A stretch of 64,000 nt of DNA from Mobula hypostoma (lineage: Eukaryota). Each line of letters begins with the position of its first letter. Position 1 is the stretch's first letter. The stretch lies in assembly GCF_963921235.1 (NCBI RefSeq), contig NC_086097.1:217560001-217624000 (forward strand), read 5' to 3'. The position numbers and the translations under genes were made by a program. Under the pieces are notes generated by a model. It saw nothing but the letters and a program-made list of their open reading frames with translations. It was not told where the DNA came from and ran no database searches. Positions 63,590-64,000 of the stretch are shown here, piece after piece.

Positions 63590-63827
63590 ATCAACCTTTC
63601 ATCAATGACAAATTCAAATATCTACTGTCTATCACGATGTCTTCACCCTGGAGATTTACAGCTGTTCTAGCTGATATCTTTGCTGCACAGATTGTCCCTC
63701 CAGGCACTTACAACATCCTTAAATTCAGCCTGCTGCTGAGTCTGGTTCAGACCTGCAGTAACAAAAAGAAATCCATTGAACACTTAGATCTTCTAATTGC
63801 CACAAGTGATCCAGTAACAGTGAACAG
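63590..63827 (+). CDS. MCMDC2: MCMDC2 coding exon 8 (gene continues past the window)
   Basis: ataaag|(D)QPFINDKFKYLLSITMSSPWRFTAVLADIFAAQIVPPGTYNILKFSLLLSLVQTCSNKKKSIEHLDLLIATSDPVTVN+AG|gtacag; 238 nt. Confidence 0.95.
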
Positions 63828-64000
63828 GTACAGTGTTCTTTAACTTATACAGTCTTTACATTCAAGAGGGTGTCCTCACTTAAAGTTACAATAACATGCA
63901 GGTACATGAACTGTTAGGATGACAAACAGCTTTATTAAGCTTTATTGCAAAAGAAGAATGAAAACATAGAAATATCTTGCTCCAATAATATAGAGCCTTG

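Noticed and set aside
1..64000. Prokaryotic systems (CRISPR arrays, operons, retrons) suggested by many RT ORFs and recurring repeats
   Set aside because: The DNA is spliced vertebrate sequence; the RTs are LINE/PLE fragments and the repeats are dispersed SINEs with no regular repeat-spacer period.

Overview
Vertebrate genomic DNA, most likely a cartilaginous fish (shark/ray): it is full of HER1-type CR1 LINEs and Penelope-LTR-derived SINEs. Two spliced host genes lie on the + strand. The first is the last four coding exons of SGK3 (5497-11084). The second, after a CpG-rich promoter near 21 kb, is the first eight coding exons of the meiotic MCM paralogue MCMDC2 (21159 to 63827, continuing past the window). 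All splice junctions were checked by hand for GT-AG and reading phase. Most of the rest is decayed, often nested retroelements: CR1, Rex1/Babar, Penelope-like, RTE, L1, one RLE-type HERO-like element and one solo LTR, plus Tc1 and Tigger-like DNA transposon remnants. Main observations: (1) the HERO-like 3' UTR carries all hammerhead ribozyme core nucleotides and stems in a non-circularly permuted order; (2) an inverted local copy appears to preserve the pre-insertion site of that element; (3) Penelope pseudo-LTR units with minimal hammerheads recur as inverted pairs or hairpin dimers. TE boundaries are approximate unless a target-site duplication (TSD) is given. Gene and family names come from motif recognition, not database searches.
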